Position numbers and translations under genes: made by a program. Below the pieces are notes generated by a model. That model searched no databases, was not told the origin of the DNA, and saw only the letters and a program-made list of their open reading frames with translations. From Trichosphaerium sp. ATCC 40318 (Eukaryota > Protista > Tubulinea): a DNA stretch of 64,000 bases. How positions within the stretch are numbered: the stretch's first letter is position 1; the number at the start of each line of letters is the position of its first letter. Location of the stretch: NCBI GenBank assembly GCA_038496445.1, contig JALMLS010000373.1, forward strand, positions 62,001-126,000. The letters run 5' to 3'. Below are positions 26,501-39,681 of this stretch, in pieces.

Positions 26501-27324
26501 AATTTATGAAATAACAAAAAAAAAACGTGCTGCAGCAATTACAAAAAATAGAAGTTTGTTTGGCTTGTAAAGCGTCGTACGTTCTTTGGTTTGTGTATCC
26601 AGTGTCTGTGAACCAGCAGGGGATGTACTAGATGCCATACGCGCCCGTAACAGTGCCTTTTGCTTCGCATCTTCAATTCTAGACGCGTCTATCGTGCTAC
26701 TTGCTGATTTTGATAGAGAAGGTCCTGTAGGATTTTTTCTTCCTACGGTTTTATCAGGTGCGCTCTGTGTTATCTTTTTTTTGTCTTTTCTAGAAGCAGA
26801 AGAGCTTCTTTTTAATTGTCTTTTTGAAGCAGCGTAAAATCGCTTCTTTTTTGATACTGCATGTGGTACAGACGAAGAGCGCCTAAGTCTAGCCCCGTGC
26901 TTCGTTGACATGCCGTTGAAACCGAAAAAGAAAAAAAAACTTCAAAAAAAAAAAAACAGTGCACTGTGTAGCAAAGTAACAGTTTCTCTTTGGTCCTATT
27001 ATAATAACGTTGTGTTAAAAAACGTACCGAGGTGTACACAAATCTCGTTAATGCTGTGATCAACAAGGCTTTTTTCTCCTTCGACATGACGTAGTTTTGT
27101 TAGTAGTTTCTTTTGCCTACATAGTTTGTTGATATTAACGGCAATCAATTGCAAACTTTTAGTTTCTTTCTTACCTCTCTTCTAGATTGTTTCTTTCGGA
27201 AGATAATATAGCAAGCGCTCTTGTGAGCTAGTTGAAGTAGGTTAAAACTGTATAATTATAATAATACGTTTTGTTTAGTTGCAATAAGCGTATAACGTAC
27301 CCCTTCTGGTTCAAGCGCGTCCAT
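23531..27324 (-). CDS. RGS-domain-containing STE20-like protein kinase
   Basis: RGS: [24 protein letters not shown]...AQKIYNLML...VNI...[21 protein letters not shown]. Kinase: [47 protein letters not shown]. Confidence 0.85.
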
Positions 27325-27520
27325 TTGGCCTATTACAAGCTTATACGCGTTTAGAGGCTTGTTGCAACTAAAAGTTGCCTAATTAGTAAATTAAGTCGCA
27401 TGTATTAAAATGATCTCTAAAACAAGTCTAGCAAGCACCAACTAGAACACAAATCAAATAGAATTGCAACGTGCACGTTTTACGCGTTTATAATTTTTAT
27501 TTTGGCTTTACGTCCTCGGA

Positions 27521-30500
27521 TTAGTGCCCTTCCTGGGTAGTACTATTTGTGTTAAGTAGTACAAGTGGTGTCGCAGGTAATCAACAGCAGATTCAGATAA
27601 GTTTTTACAGTGGAGAAGGACCAGTACTTTCAAGTGTTTTAGGGCTGATATGTCGAATAAAGCTTCATCTAGAACAAAGCATCAGCTACAAAACCACACT
27701 CAGGCAAAAATAAAAAACACGTACCGGTTAAGCCACAATCTGATACATTAAGGTGTACAAGATTTCTATTGAACAACGTCATTTTGGTTATAGTTTCATT
27801 TGTAATTGGTAGAGAAGCTACAGATAATGTCTTTATACCCTTTAGGTGAGGTAGTATCGATAGTAAAAGCTAACAAAGTTGGTTAGTAACCAGTCCATGT
27901 GAAAACCAACAGCGAATATTGAAAAAAAAATAACCCAAAGCTTACGCTCTCTGACTTTATCCCTCTACAGTCTTCAATATTTAGAGACTCGAGTGTATCG
28001 CATTGTGATAATACAAGATCGAAAACTGATTCACTGGTTGCGTTCTAATCACGTGTTTAGACACGTGCGTAGCAAATTAATCAAAGTGTACGTACTGTAA
28101 AAGAAAGGTCTATTTTTGAAATGCAACTAAAGTTCTTTGCAATATGACTTAGTCCAGCTCCCTTGATTCCTTTGCATCCTTTGAGATCAAGTGTTTTCAA
28201 CGTAGTTCCTGATTGCATAGATAAAGCCGATAAACCGGCATCTGACACGCCCATACAAGCACGCAGTGACAAGTGCTCAACTTTATGCAATTGAGCTATT
28301 AATTTCATATGACTGACGTTACTGACACTAAGTCCTTTTGCAGTTAAATGTGTTAAACCAGGAGCTATGGCCGCTAGTGCGGTAAATCCGATATCTGTTA
28401 TACGTTTACTGTCAGTGTGAAGCTGTACTAGATGCTCGAACTTGGATATTAGATTAAAATACCTAGTAACAAACATAAGCAAGAAAAGAATTAATTCAAA
28501 AATAGCCTGTACTTGTCATCAAGCAAAAAGCAACCCCGTAAGTCTAGTATAGTCAAACTACTTTTCAGTGACACACAACATTCTAGAAATACGCTATTTG
28601 ATGCTCTTGTACCAGTGAAAGTCAATATTTCAAGATTTGTGCACTTTTTAAGTTCACGAAAGCATTTATCTTGAGGGGCGTGTATTTCTAGCTCAATCAA
28701 ATTTTCACTACAGTTTCTCAACACATCCACAATTTCACCATCACGATTGCATCCCATTGTCTTTAAGGAGGTGAGTTTACCCAAGTGAGAAGCAAACTGT
28801 TCAATCGTGGATTGTTGAACACTTGAGCAACCACTTAGATCCAGGCTTTGAAGGCTGAAAGAAAGAAAAAATTAGGAAAACAAACATTCGTAAAAAAAAA
28901 AAAGATGTCAACACATGACAAAGTACATGTATTGTTTCTTACCTTGTAAGGCTTTCAATATTCTTATATATTATTTGTCCTTGAAGATCAGAGCAACCAG
29001 AAACATCTAATCCATTCAAAGTGCTTACATGTTTCATTACTTCCGTAAATACGCGATTGACCATTAAATTGCTTAGTTTTAGTGTTGATAGTTTTTGGCA
29101 CTTTGAGCGTAATAATGTTGTTAGTCTTGCTGATTTTGGAAGTAAATCAAGTATAACAGGCAATGAATCATGAAGGAGCTGCATTTCAAGTTTTTCACCA
29201 CCGTATGTACACTCTAGAGCATAGACTTCACAGTACCGTTGTGTGGCGTTCATACGCTCTAACTTTACTTTGAGTTGACTCTTGATAAGCTTTTTGGAGC
29301 CTAGAGAAAATGACTTAGAAAAAAAAAAGAAAAAAAAGAGAAAGAGAGAAAAGAACGTGCGTACCCATTGTGTGTTTGCCTATCCTCTCAATCTTTTCGT
29401 GAACAGCTTCTGAATACTTTAAACTTGCTTTAGCATATAACATGAGTGTAGTAAAATGTACAGCTTCAGTTTTTGCATCTATAAAAGAGAAAGAAATAGT
29501 GAGATGCTAGAACTTTCTTTTGTTTTTGTTTACCTTTTTTCTTTGCAACAGATGTTGTAGCGTATATAGCTTGACACAAAAGCATAGCACCCTTTAAATA
29601 CTTTGTGATTCTTTCTACGTCGCATAAAGGGTTGACTGCTATTTAAAACATTAACAATTAATAAAACTGCAACAGCAACAAGAATGTACCTTTAGTATAC
29701 AACATTTGAGCTTTTTTCAAAACAACGTCAACATATTCCAATTTTTTTCTTATAGCTTGCTTGTATGCTTGTTCAGCACGTCTGAATAGACTAACCATCT
29801 GAGTAAAATGATGAGTTATACTCATTACGTAATGATAAATAATACATCGATTCTACAAAACATGTGTACCTCACGGCATTCTGAGCTTGTCATTGCTCTT
29901 AGCAAATAAACATCACCAAGCTTTCGTGCACATTCATGAAACTCTTTGTTAATCGAGAATGATGTTTCTAACTTCTCACAAGCGAGTTTAAGAGTTTCAT
30001 TGTACGTCTTTACATCTAGTTTAATGACCTTTGACAATTTTTTGAGGGCACTAAAATGGGAGAATTAGGTTGACTTTTTTAACAAAGAAAAAGTGTCTTT
30101 TGTCGTACCGTCCCCAATGATAAAACGCCAGAAAGTTATGGGATAGCGATGCACAGGCTAAATGGTATTAGTATATGCAAACCAAGCATACAAATAGTAG
30201 TAGAGAGTACCGGTAGCAAACTTTTTTATGGCGAGTTTAAGTAACCTTGTTTTCGTTTTAAGTTCTCTTTTACCAGCCATTAACATTAGAGAAACACCTT
30301 CAGCTTCATCCAGAACGTTCGTAAATCGTACTTTAGGTTCTACAGTAGCGATATCACAATAAACAAATCCAAAAGAAGCAGGGTCAGAGTCAATTTCTTG
30401 CTGTGCTTCTTCAGATAATTTTATACCAAGCATGCTCTGAAGTCTTCTGAAAAGAAGCTGTATATCTATTGCACGGAGGAAAATCTTATTGTCATTTCTC

Positions 30501-33157
30501 TCCCTGGTACTAAAACATTCGTGAAACTTAGATTCCATCTTGTCTTTTATCATTGTCCACCATGAATCAGATTTTTTGTTCTTTTGTGTAATATTTCTAA
30601 AGTTGCTCGTAATTATTTCTTTTACCTGTAAAAAAACCACTCAGTCAAACTTGCCACGTGCAAGGAGAAATATAAAAACAACGGAAAAAGCCTGAAAAAA
30701 CATTGAAATGGTGATTATACTAGTTCCTGTCTCCTTTAAACTAAATCATGCGCTGACATTGTCAAAACAAAATTTAGGGACATTTTGAATGCATGTTTAA
30801 CTTACAAGGAACACATAATAAAAGGCTGTCTGCTTTTTTGATAACATATAAACAAGTGGTTGTTGAAAATGTGGTACGTACTTGTTCTTTTGATAGGTAA
30901 TTTCTCAATGCCATATCTTCTCTTAGTTCTTTACGTATAACATTTTTAATAGTTCTCGCAGTCATTTCTGTCATAAGTATTGTCTGTAACGATCGTTTGA
31001 TGACATGTTGGCGTAGTATACCAATCAACCTTATATTTATACCTTCGCGGTGTATACGCTCTATCAATGCAATATCATTAAAGACTTTATACAATCTAAC
31101 ATTCGACCCAAATCTTTTCATTTGTTCATCAAGTGTTCTTGCGAACTTAGGAACAGTTTTTCTCCACAGCCTTGTTAAAAAGATATAGCATTAGTACGGC
31201 TAACCACTGTAATTTTTTTAATATGTACTGTTTAGTGGCATCAAATACATCTTGTTCATGCTTAGTTTTATCGTTATCTGAAGAATCCCATTTTGTATAA
31301 GCATCAGAACACAAAGAAACCTGTTTTAATTAGGTACGGTACCACTCTAGGACATGTGTAGTACCTTATTATTAAGTACGAGTTCTGGTCTTAGCATTTT
31401 GTAGAAAACTGCACGACGTGCACTTGGTGTAATACGTCTATGTGAAGGTAAACATGTAATATTTTTTGATACTTTTTTTTAGAGCGCTTACTGTCCTTGC
31501 TTTCGTATTGGTGCTTCACATGGGAATACACGTGCCAAGTCTATACAATATATACGCCCATCTAGTCCTTTATGGACTTCTTGATCTCCAGGACCATAAA
31601 TGTTAACACCATTTATCTTATGGGAACAAAGGTTAAGCCTACTACCAACAACACGCATAGTATGATTAATTTCTTCATTCTTTGCATGAACAGTTTCACC
31701 TCCGTCTGCACTAATGTAATTTTAAGTTCTAGATATCAAGGATCGCATCAGAAAAGCATATTTACCTGCCATACTCAAGAGTTGTAGGATTTATTGGAAG
31801 CAATGATTGTGCAATTAGGCGAAAGCCTTTGTAATCAATGAGCACCTTTTTATAGAGCGTAAACCATTGGAATATTGAATATAAAAGTATGTACCATAAG
31901 TGGGAAATGGAGGTCAGGTATACGTAATGATGAAAAGTGCATCAAACCTTTCATTTCATGTGAACCGACTAAGCAAGCAAGTAAGAAAAAAATAAGAATT
32001 ATCACAATTTTTAGAACCTTTCATTGCATTTTCGTCATTTCTAGTTCGACCACCGTACATCCACAATGGTTTTTTAGTTAATTCTACATCCATTGCGAAC
32101 TATTAAAATATGTCAGACTAAAAAATCCGTGATACCATGTGGTACATACCTTGAACAGAATGTTTCTATAAATATACTTTGTGCCACCTAAATTTGATTA
32201 GTCTGTTTTGTTTTGTAAACGACTGACCTGCTAGTCCTCCTATTTTAATTGGTTCTATAGTTTTCTCCGCTTGATAAAGTTCTGATATTATTATCTTCGC
32301 AGATATTGTAGCTAAAATACGTTAACACTACAACAAGCTAACAAAGAGAAAATTTGTAAACTTAAAAAAAATGTACCAACATAAAGAAAGTCGTTTGCTA
32401 AATGTCTCAACTTGGAGAATTTACTATCCGTATCTGGCTTGTCTAATAGATACTGATACTCCTTATTCCAGTTTTTGTGTTCCATATCTATACTATCTTG
32501 CACTGAAAAACACAAATTAACTTCAAAGTACAAGTTGTTTTCTAAAACCAATGCACACTTTCAGCTCTTGACAGACTAAAATCATCTTCTAGTGGGCTGT
32601 ACGACGGATATGTAAGCTTGTCGTTAGGCTAAATACATTAGAGTGAGTATTGTGATGCCGTAAACGCCTGTTTGAAGACATGTGGTCAAAGAGTCTTGCT
32701 GTCAATTGTTTTGGAGTTAACGTACATCAGAGTTCGTCAAGCGATCGCTGTAACCATCGGTAGATACGACAGGCGTTGTATATATGCTGCTGTTGTCGTC
32801 GTCTGAACTTTCGTCGAGGTACTACCCGAAAAATTTGTATGTACGCTTTCTTTCGTACGTACTGTTGAGTATTTACCTCTAGACTTTGTATTTCGTGCTA
32901 TAAACCCCAAATCCTCTAAAACGCTGTTGTTATATCTGACATTTACGCCTATGTATTATACCTTGCCCTACAATGCGCGCAGCGCTACTAGTGAGTATTT
33001 TGCGATCATTCCTTTCGATCAATCCCGTGTACCCATCAATAGTTCCACTGGGCGAAGACAGCGGTTTAGATGGATCAGTTAGTATAGTTTGCATCACAGA
33101 AGGAAATAATGGCGCTTGCTGATCAACAACAATATCTTCTTGGTCGTTGATCGCCAT
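27521..33157 (-). CDS. Clu-domain protein with helical/TPR-like middle and C-terminal cysteine-containing LRRs
   Basis: WNKEYQ, GGLAGGTKY..ILFKFA, HEMKGL, IDYKGFRLIAQSLLP, EVHKGLDGRIYCIDLARVFP, IHREGINIRLIG (Clu family). LRRs include LKTLDLKGCKGI and LSLRACMGVSDAGL. Confidence 0.82.
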
Positions 33158-33714
33158 TGTGGCGCTTGTAGTTTAAAATAAAACGAATAACGGCTTAAAT
33201 ACGGTAATTTTTTTGGACTAGACGCAACGCATAAAAATGATATTCAAGCCATAAAATTGAGCGGTGGGACAAGGGTTTATACCATCTCAAGTGCCGATTT
33301 ACGAAATGTCTCGTCACGGGTGAACAGTTCCTTGTAATTCGAAAAACACGTGTAATTTAATTTAAAGCTGCACAATTGCATTAACCAGGGACAACATCCA
33401 CAATCACAAGAAGCGAAAATACAGTTGATAGCACGCACATTGATTGTATAACAATCTTTTAGCTGCTGGTGTGGTAACCACTTAAGTTACACGTGCCTTC
33501 CACAAAATGTGCATTGTTTCAGGTACCTTGAACCTCTACACATGACCACCACGTTTTGGCAAACCAGGCTACTAATACTCGCTAGGGCAGTCTTGGATAC
33601 ATTTACCTTCCCAACAGTAGTATCAGATTCTGATCAGACGTTCTCTAAAAAGTCAAATCCAATCTCGGTAATTTGTTACTTGAATACAAGCAACGCATAA
33701 ATTGAAGCTTAGAA

Positions 33715-36700
33715 ATGCTTAGTAACCTCCCGTTAGAACTTAAATTTAACATCGCATTGCTAATAACGGATATACAAACGTTGGGCAGGCTAGAGTGCGT
33801 ATCATACGAGTTTTCTATAATAGTAGATACAACGTGGAGTATTGTAGCGCGAAAACGTGTTGGTCCATCCAACAAAGGTACGATGAACTTAATATTCTGT
33901 TAAGTGAAACAGTCAAACGTTTTGACTTGTTTTGTAAAATTTAAGGTTCAAAGTGGACAAAACAAGGTCTAAAACAAGCATTGAAACAAGTAGATGAACA
34001 CAAAAAGAGTGGTGTTAAGCCGCTTTTAAAATGGGTAGCTGAGACAGGATACACGTGCGGTTTATTTTTGTTATTTTGAAAAAAATAGTGGTGAGTCATC
34101 ATTTGTTTTACTCAAAGACGTGTAGAGAGGCTGTCAAAGCTATCTTGGAGAAGCGATCACTAACCAAAGATGCTGCTGAAGCTGCTGCAACTAATGACGG
34201 AACTTCTGGCATCAGCCCTGTGATCAGAGGTAACACTTTCCCCAGACGTGTTTGTTGATATCCGGGTTTGTTTCTCATTCGTTTTTTCGAATAGCTGCAT
34301 TTGGTGGTTGTCTGGATGCTATTCAATACTTTGTTGAAGAGCTTGGTGTTAACGTCGATTTACTCTCCGGTTCGTACACCGTATTTGGCGCAATCCCTGG
34401 CGTTCCGTGTTCTGGCTCTCAAGCTGTACGTTTGTTGATTTATACTTTTGTGTCTACACCGTGCTCACCACAGTAGATGTCCAGTCAGCATATCACTCCT
34501 CTTATCGCTGCCGAGCGCCATATTCACGTTATGGTACTCTACTCTTATTCCAAAGAAGAAGAAACTTCAACTCACATAATCATAGGAATATCTTCTTTCA
34601 AAGGGCGCTTATGTTGATGCCGTTGAGTCTTGTGGGTACACTCCTTTGATGTTAGCATCACAGGGAGAGCGTATTGAGATAGTTAATATGTTAGTCGAGC
34701 ATGGAGCAAACTTAAACCATGTTAACAAAGGTACACCTAAACAGCTAAAGTTTACTTCATTCTTATTCTCTGTACAAGTTCAAGGAAACTCTACTTGCCT
34801 GCATAAGGCAATCAAGCATAAAAAGGAAGCCAGTATCAGAGCTTTATTAAAGCATGGTGCTAGCACGTCATTGGTTAATAAACGCAATGAGACACCATTG
34901 GCGTATGCTATTTTAAGAAAAGCAACTAATATTGTGGAGATATTGCTGGAGTAAGTTATTGTTGGTACAATAGATATCTTGTTAACAATAATTCTTTAGG
35001 TCTGGATGTGATACAACAAATGTACCTCGTAAATACTTTAACTCAATTATAGCAATGGCCCTGTTTGCTGGTACGTGTACTTTATACAAATTAAAAAACC
35101 TAAAGTTGTTAATTTTTTTGGCTTGGCTATTTCACTTTTATGAGAGTCTTACCACACTTAGGAAATGCAACAATATTTGAAACGGTTATTAAACATGTTC
35201 CTCTAACTGATGATGAAATAATTAAGACCGTACACATTGCAGTTGCTCTGAACAAAGTCAATCAACTTGAATCGCTTCCACAATTTAAAAAGTTCTTTTG
35301 TCACACTTTCGATGGTGTTACACCATTTGAGCGTTCCCTAATAAGACAGGCTGACGATATGATGTTATTGGAGAATACCCATGAAAAGTCTCCGTTAGCA
35401 TTCGAACTAGGTATTTCTTTGTTTTATCAAGCAATAGTTTTTTATTGTATTTTTGTATTATTGTGGTATTTGACCGTCTTGTATTTAGCCTGCTTGTTTG
35501 GTAACGGAATAGAGAGTGACACATCCTTTGGTATTGATGAAAAGGCTACTATTAAACAAATGAGAGATCTTTCGAAGAAATGGTGCAAAGCACACTACAA
35601 AGGTAATTGTATTTTTGGATTGTAATGACAGGTTTCTTTAAAGACAAGCTGTAAGCTTTATTTAGTTAACATGTGAACTAGTAAGCATTCCAGAAGTATA
35701 CACAGGATTAGAACGAGTCGATGAAAAGTTGCTTTCCATATTGTACGTGGTACTGCACAAGGACCCATTTCTGTTCTTCTGATGATGCTACTAAATCTCA
35801 ATGTAATTTAATTACCCAGGAGAGCCATGAACAAGAATATGAACATAGCCTCTATGTGGAAAGGTCCAAACCATTGCGGTAAAAGGCATTTTGTAAAACA
35901 TATGGGTAAGTACAAATGATTTCTTTTACCTGTAAACTAATACAACTTTTTGTTTAGGTGAAGAATATGGTCGCAAGATAGTTGAACTTGACATGAGATT
36001 AATAGTTCCTATTATCAAGAACGACCATGTAGAAGGGGTATGTGGGTGTTTAGGAATAAGATATTGGCATAAAGACCTTTATAATTGTTGATGTAGCTGA
36101 TGAGAGCGTCAAGAAGTATTTATAACTTGTGGGCAATATGGAAGGCATCTGACAAAAAACCAAGTACAAAAGTTGTGTAGATCAAACTATTTCCGACAGG
36201 TTTTCTGAAAACCTACTTTAGCTTCCAATTGTTATGATTTTTCTAACTGCTTTTGAAGCTATCTTCTACATTTATCATATCGATGAATTACTTGATCAAA
36301 TCGATGTAATCCTTCATGTAAGATCACTTACCTTTTTGATATACCATACACGTGGACTTCTGTACTAAGGCTAAGAAAATAATAGAAGCTTTCAAAAGAC
36401 AGAAAAAACACTTTAGGAGGCACCACTAGGAGTTGTATTGGTCTAAGTATTGCCAATACAATAGGTATTAGTTTTACAAGTTATTGTTCTATTTAATCAC
36501 CGTTTTAGATCAATTTCAAGCAGTACACTCCCAAAATGCTTGGGTACGAATAGTTCACTATCTTTTTTGTTAGGCATTAATACCTATTCTTTTTAGGTTA
36601 TCGTTGCTTCTAATCACCCTGAAGTAACTTCACACTGTAGCCTTAAAAGAAGGTTTTGGGGGTACAACTTTAGCACATACAAATAAAAATAATATCATGT

Positions 36701-37102
36701 AGTACTGGTGTGATAGGCACTGACGTGACTTTTGATAAGCATATTGTTGAAGAACAAAAAGCTGAATTTGTTTCTAACCTTTTCGATGCTATTAACATTA
36801 AATGTACTCATTCTATGATTATTTACACCAAACTAAATCGCTCTATTAGGTGAACACGAAGCCCTGTTGTTAATCTTAGAGACAGAGTTCAGGGTGTAAG
36901 TGAGGTTGTTGATATAAGTTTGTGTAACTAAGTTTTTAGGTGTGAGCTCAAACGTGCTGTCCGTAAGGCTGGTATATTGTCTAAACTGGAAAACAAAGAT
37001 TTGGTAACTACAGAGATAATGAAGCGAGTGATACACTATGTAACAACCCAAAATAATTGCAACGAAATCTACAAATACTACAATTCTGATAGCTTCGCAT
37101 AA
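33715..37102 (+). CDS. F-box + ankyrin-repeat protein with uncharacterised C-terminal region
   Basis: MLSNLPLELKFNIALLI...LGRLECVS (F-box). Ankyrin repeats AAFGGCLDAIQYFVEELGVNVD, GYTPLMLASQGERIEIVNMLVEHGANLN, GNSTCLHKA, ETPLAYA. The 3' end is approximate. Confidence 0.78.
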
Positions 37103-37844
37103 CACAAAAACACCTTTCTGTCCTTTTGTTGTACACTAATAAAGCTCATCCTCCAGTATCTTACTGGCTTGGAGGCTAAAGAAGTATTGCATGTATTTAC
37201 CTCTTTAATTGGTTACTATAATTTCTTCAACATTAAGCATTTCTGATTTCGCCCTATTTTCTTAGCTGTGGTTAACCACTTGCAAATTTCTGCAACTGTC
37301 TGAGCCAAAACCAGACCAAAAACTCATCTATATATAATGTTCCTAAACTGCGTACATAAAAATACAAGACAAGGACGTTCTGTTTTTCTGTGAAGCAAAA
37401 ACTCGAGAGGCGAGTTCACTACTTGGTAATTACTCATGAAGCGAAGTTCTCCATCAAGAGTTTTTACAGCTTGAAGGCTGGCACTGTACGAATACCGTGA
37501 CTTAATGAGTTCAACAAGTTTAGAAGTTTTTTAGACTTTAAACCGGCCTGTGTTACATCTATTTCTAGAGTGCATATGGGCCAAAGAGGTTGAGTTTTTG
37601 CTGCAGCATAATTTTTTTTTTTTTTTTGTTGTTCGACTATGGTGACCGTACGGACAGTATCGGTGACAAAGTCGTAATTTTTTTTAATACACCGCTAAGC
37701 AGTGCCCACAATGAACGTCTTCAAATTGTGGGGGGACGTCTCCCTTAGTTGCAATAGTTAAGTCAGACGCTTTTTATACGCGCTTCAGAAACAAGTTTTT
37801 TTATTGTGGTGTGCACGGAAACCCCACAAACACTCGTTTTAGTA

Positions 37845-39580
37845 ATGTCTCGCTACATACATCTTAAATTGTCGCAAAATCACTACCGTGCAGGGCTGTG
37901 CAATCAAAACTTTCGCAATGGTCAATTTTCGTTGCTAAAGTAGCAAAGGTAAGGTTTTTATGGTAAACAAACTATTTGTAGAGGAACAAGTGGTGAAATT
38001 ATACTTTTGCAAGTCCAATACTAGCTTCAACACTATATTAACAATAGCAACTTCCAAGTCATCTAACCCTCTCGAAACTCCTTTTTTCCTTTACAATGTT
38101 GCTTTCTTACGATAAATCTTCGATCTTGCGATTGACTCAGACTACAGAGTCAATCCGTAGATGAGTAAGCTAGAGCATACCCTGCTTTCCCTACACCCTT
38201 GAGATTACAGGTATCAGTTCCAGTCCAACGCCTTGTACTCAGACTTGCATGTTAAGCTTCTTATTGAGCGAGTGATTTCGCTAGTATCTTGCTATTGGCG
38301 CTGGTGATACGCTAGATGATTTTATTGTAGTATTACAACACTCTGAAGGCTTTAAATGGCTTGTTAAAAACTACAAACGTGAAGCGCAAGATTTGTACTG
38401 CGAGTACACCAATCTAGATACTCCAAGCGCAAATAAATACCTTGAAGTGGTACGAAATGTTAACATGTCTCTCAGAGATTTCTACAAAAGTTACTTTTTT
38501 TTTGTGTTTTTTTGACCTTGTTTTAAGCTCAGCGAAGCCCTTATGTGTTGCGATTACCTAGACTTCAAATTTGAAATTGCGAACAAGCCTGCAAGTGTTT
38601 TACAAATAGTACAAGGGGATGCTTGTAACAATCTGTTAGTTTGGGAATACGGATTTACTTTTGAAATCAAGTTAAAGTATGAACAAAACAAAGTTTTGAA
38701 CAAAGCATACAACGGCAGTTACGTTTCACTAAAATGTCATTTTAACACTAACTGTCATCAATAGTATACAGCGATGGCACAGGGAGCTGTATAGTCCACA
38801 TTAAGGGATACAATGTAGAACTTAACTCTGCTTTTACAGATTTGGCATATGTCAGTCCAGAAGCAGCTTTTGCTGTAGCTCGAGCTATATTGTGCTACGG
38901 AATATCAAAGCAATTCATTCAACTAAAACCTATTGTTATTGAACAGCTCTCTCCATACTGGGCTGAAGTTTCTATTGGTGATATCATTGAAGAGCTCGAT
39001 GTTACACCAAAACAAGTAGCAAATATCATTCAAGAGTTAGCAATTTGTCTAATGCATTATTCAACATATCGTAAGTTTGAGTGCTTTATAAACACTATTG
39101 GGAGTTGGAGAAAAGATGTGGTACTAGAAATGAAATGTTCTTTCTTTGACAGGCTAGCACAAGTAAACAATGGAATTAGCTCCAAATCACTTATCAAACA
39201 CATCAACTACTATCGCCTTGTTGTAACAGGTATACCAATACCTACTCTTTGGAACATTGTAAAGAATGTGCCCCAGTCAGTTACCCACAATTCAACGTGT
39301 TTTAAGCGCTATAAAGTAAGTGACTTTTTACTTCCATGTTTCTTACTTTATTCTTGCTAGGTATGGTATTCTGGGTGGACACAGATATGTCACTAACAAT
39401 ACACTTATAGCTTATGAAGATACAACTATTGAGAAAGAAAAGGAACATGATATGGACCTTCAAAAATCCCAGATAGACGAACCGCCTATTAAAAATGAGA
39501 AAAAGGCGTTTACAGTTGTTCATGCTGGCTGGCGAGTAAAATGGCGTCAAAAGAAACACAATTATGACATTAGATTATAA
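37845..39580 (+). CDS. Hypothetical protein (spliced)
   Basis: Consecutive ORFs (38543, 38842, 39320) bounded by GT-AG introns; no recognisable domain. Confidence 0.5.
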
Positions 39581-39681
39581 ACTACCAGATCTCTAACTAC
39601 AAAGACAACAACAAGTAACAAAAAAATGTGACAACAACTAAACACGTGGGTTTGAATATAAAAAAAATTTTGTTTTACTTT

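Noticed and set aside
37140-37600. Fragmentary coding-like sequence (LILQYLTGLEAKEVL) downstream of the F-box-ankyrin gene
   Set aside because: Multiple stops and no start; at best an unidentifiable relic.
37693-37750. Hairpin with ATGA...AA resembling a SECIS element
   Set aside because: The 3' GA of the non-Watson-Crick quartet is missing and there is no upstream Sec-TGA gene.
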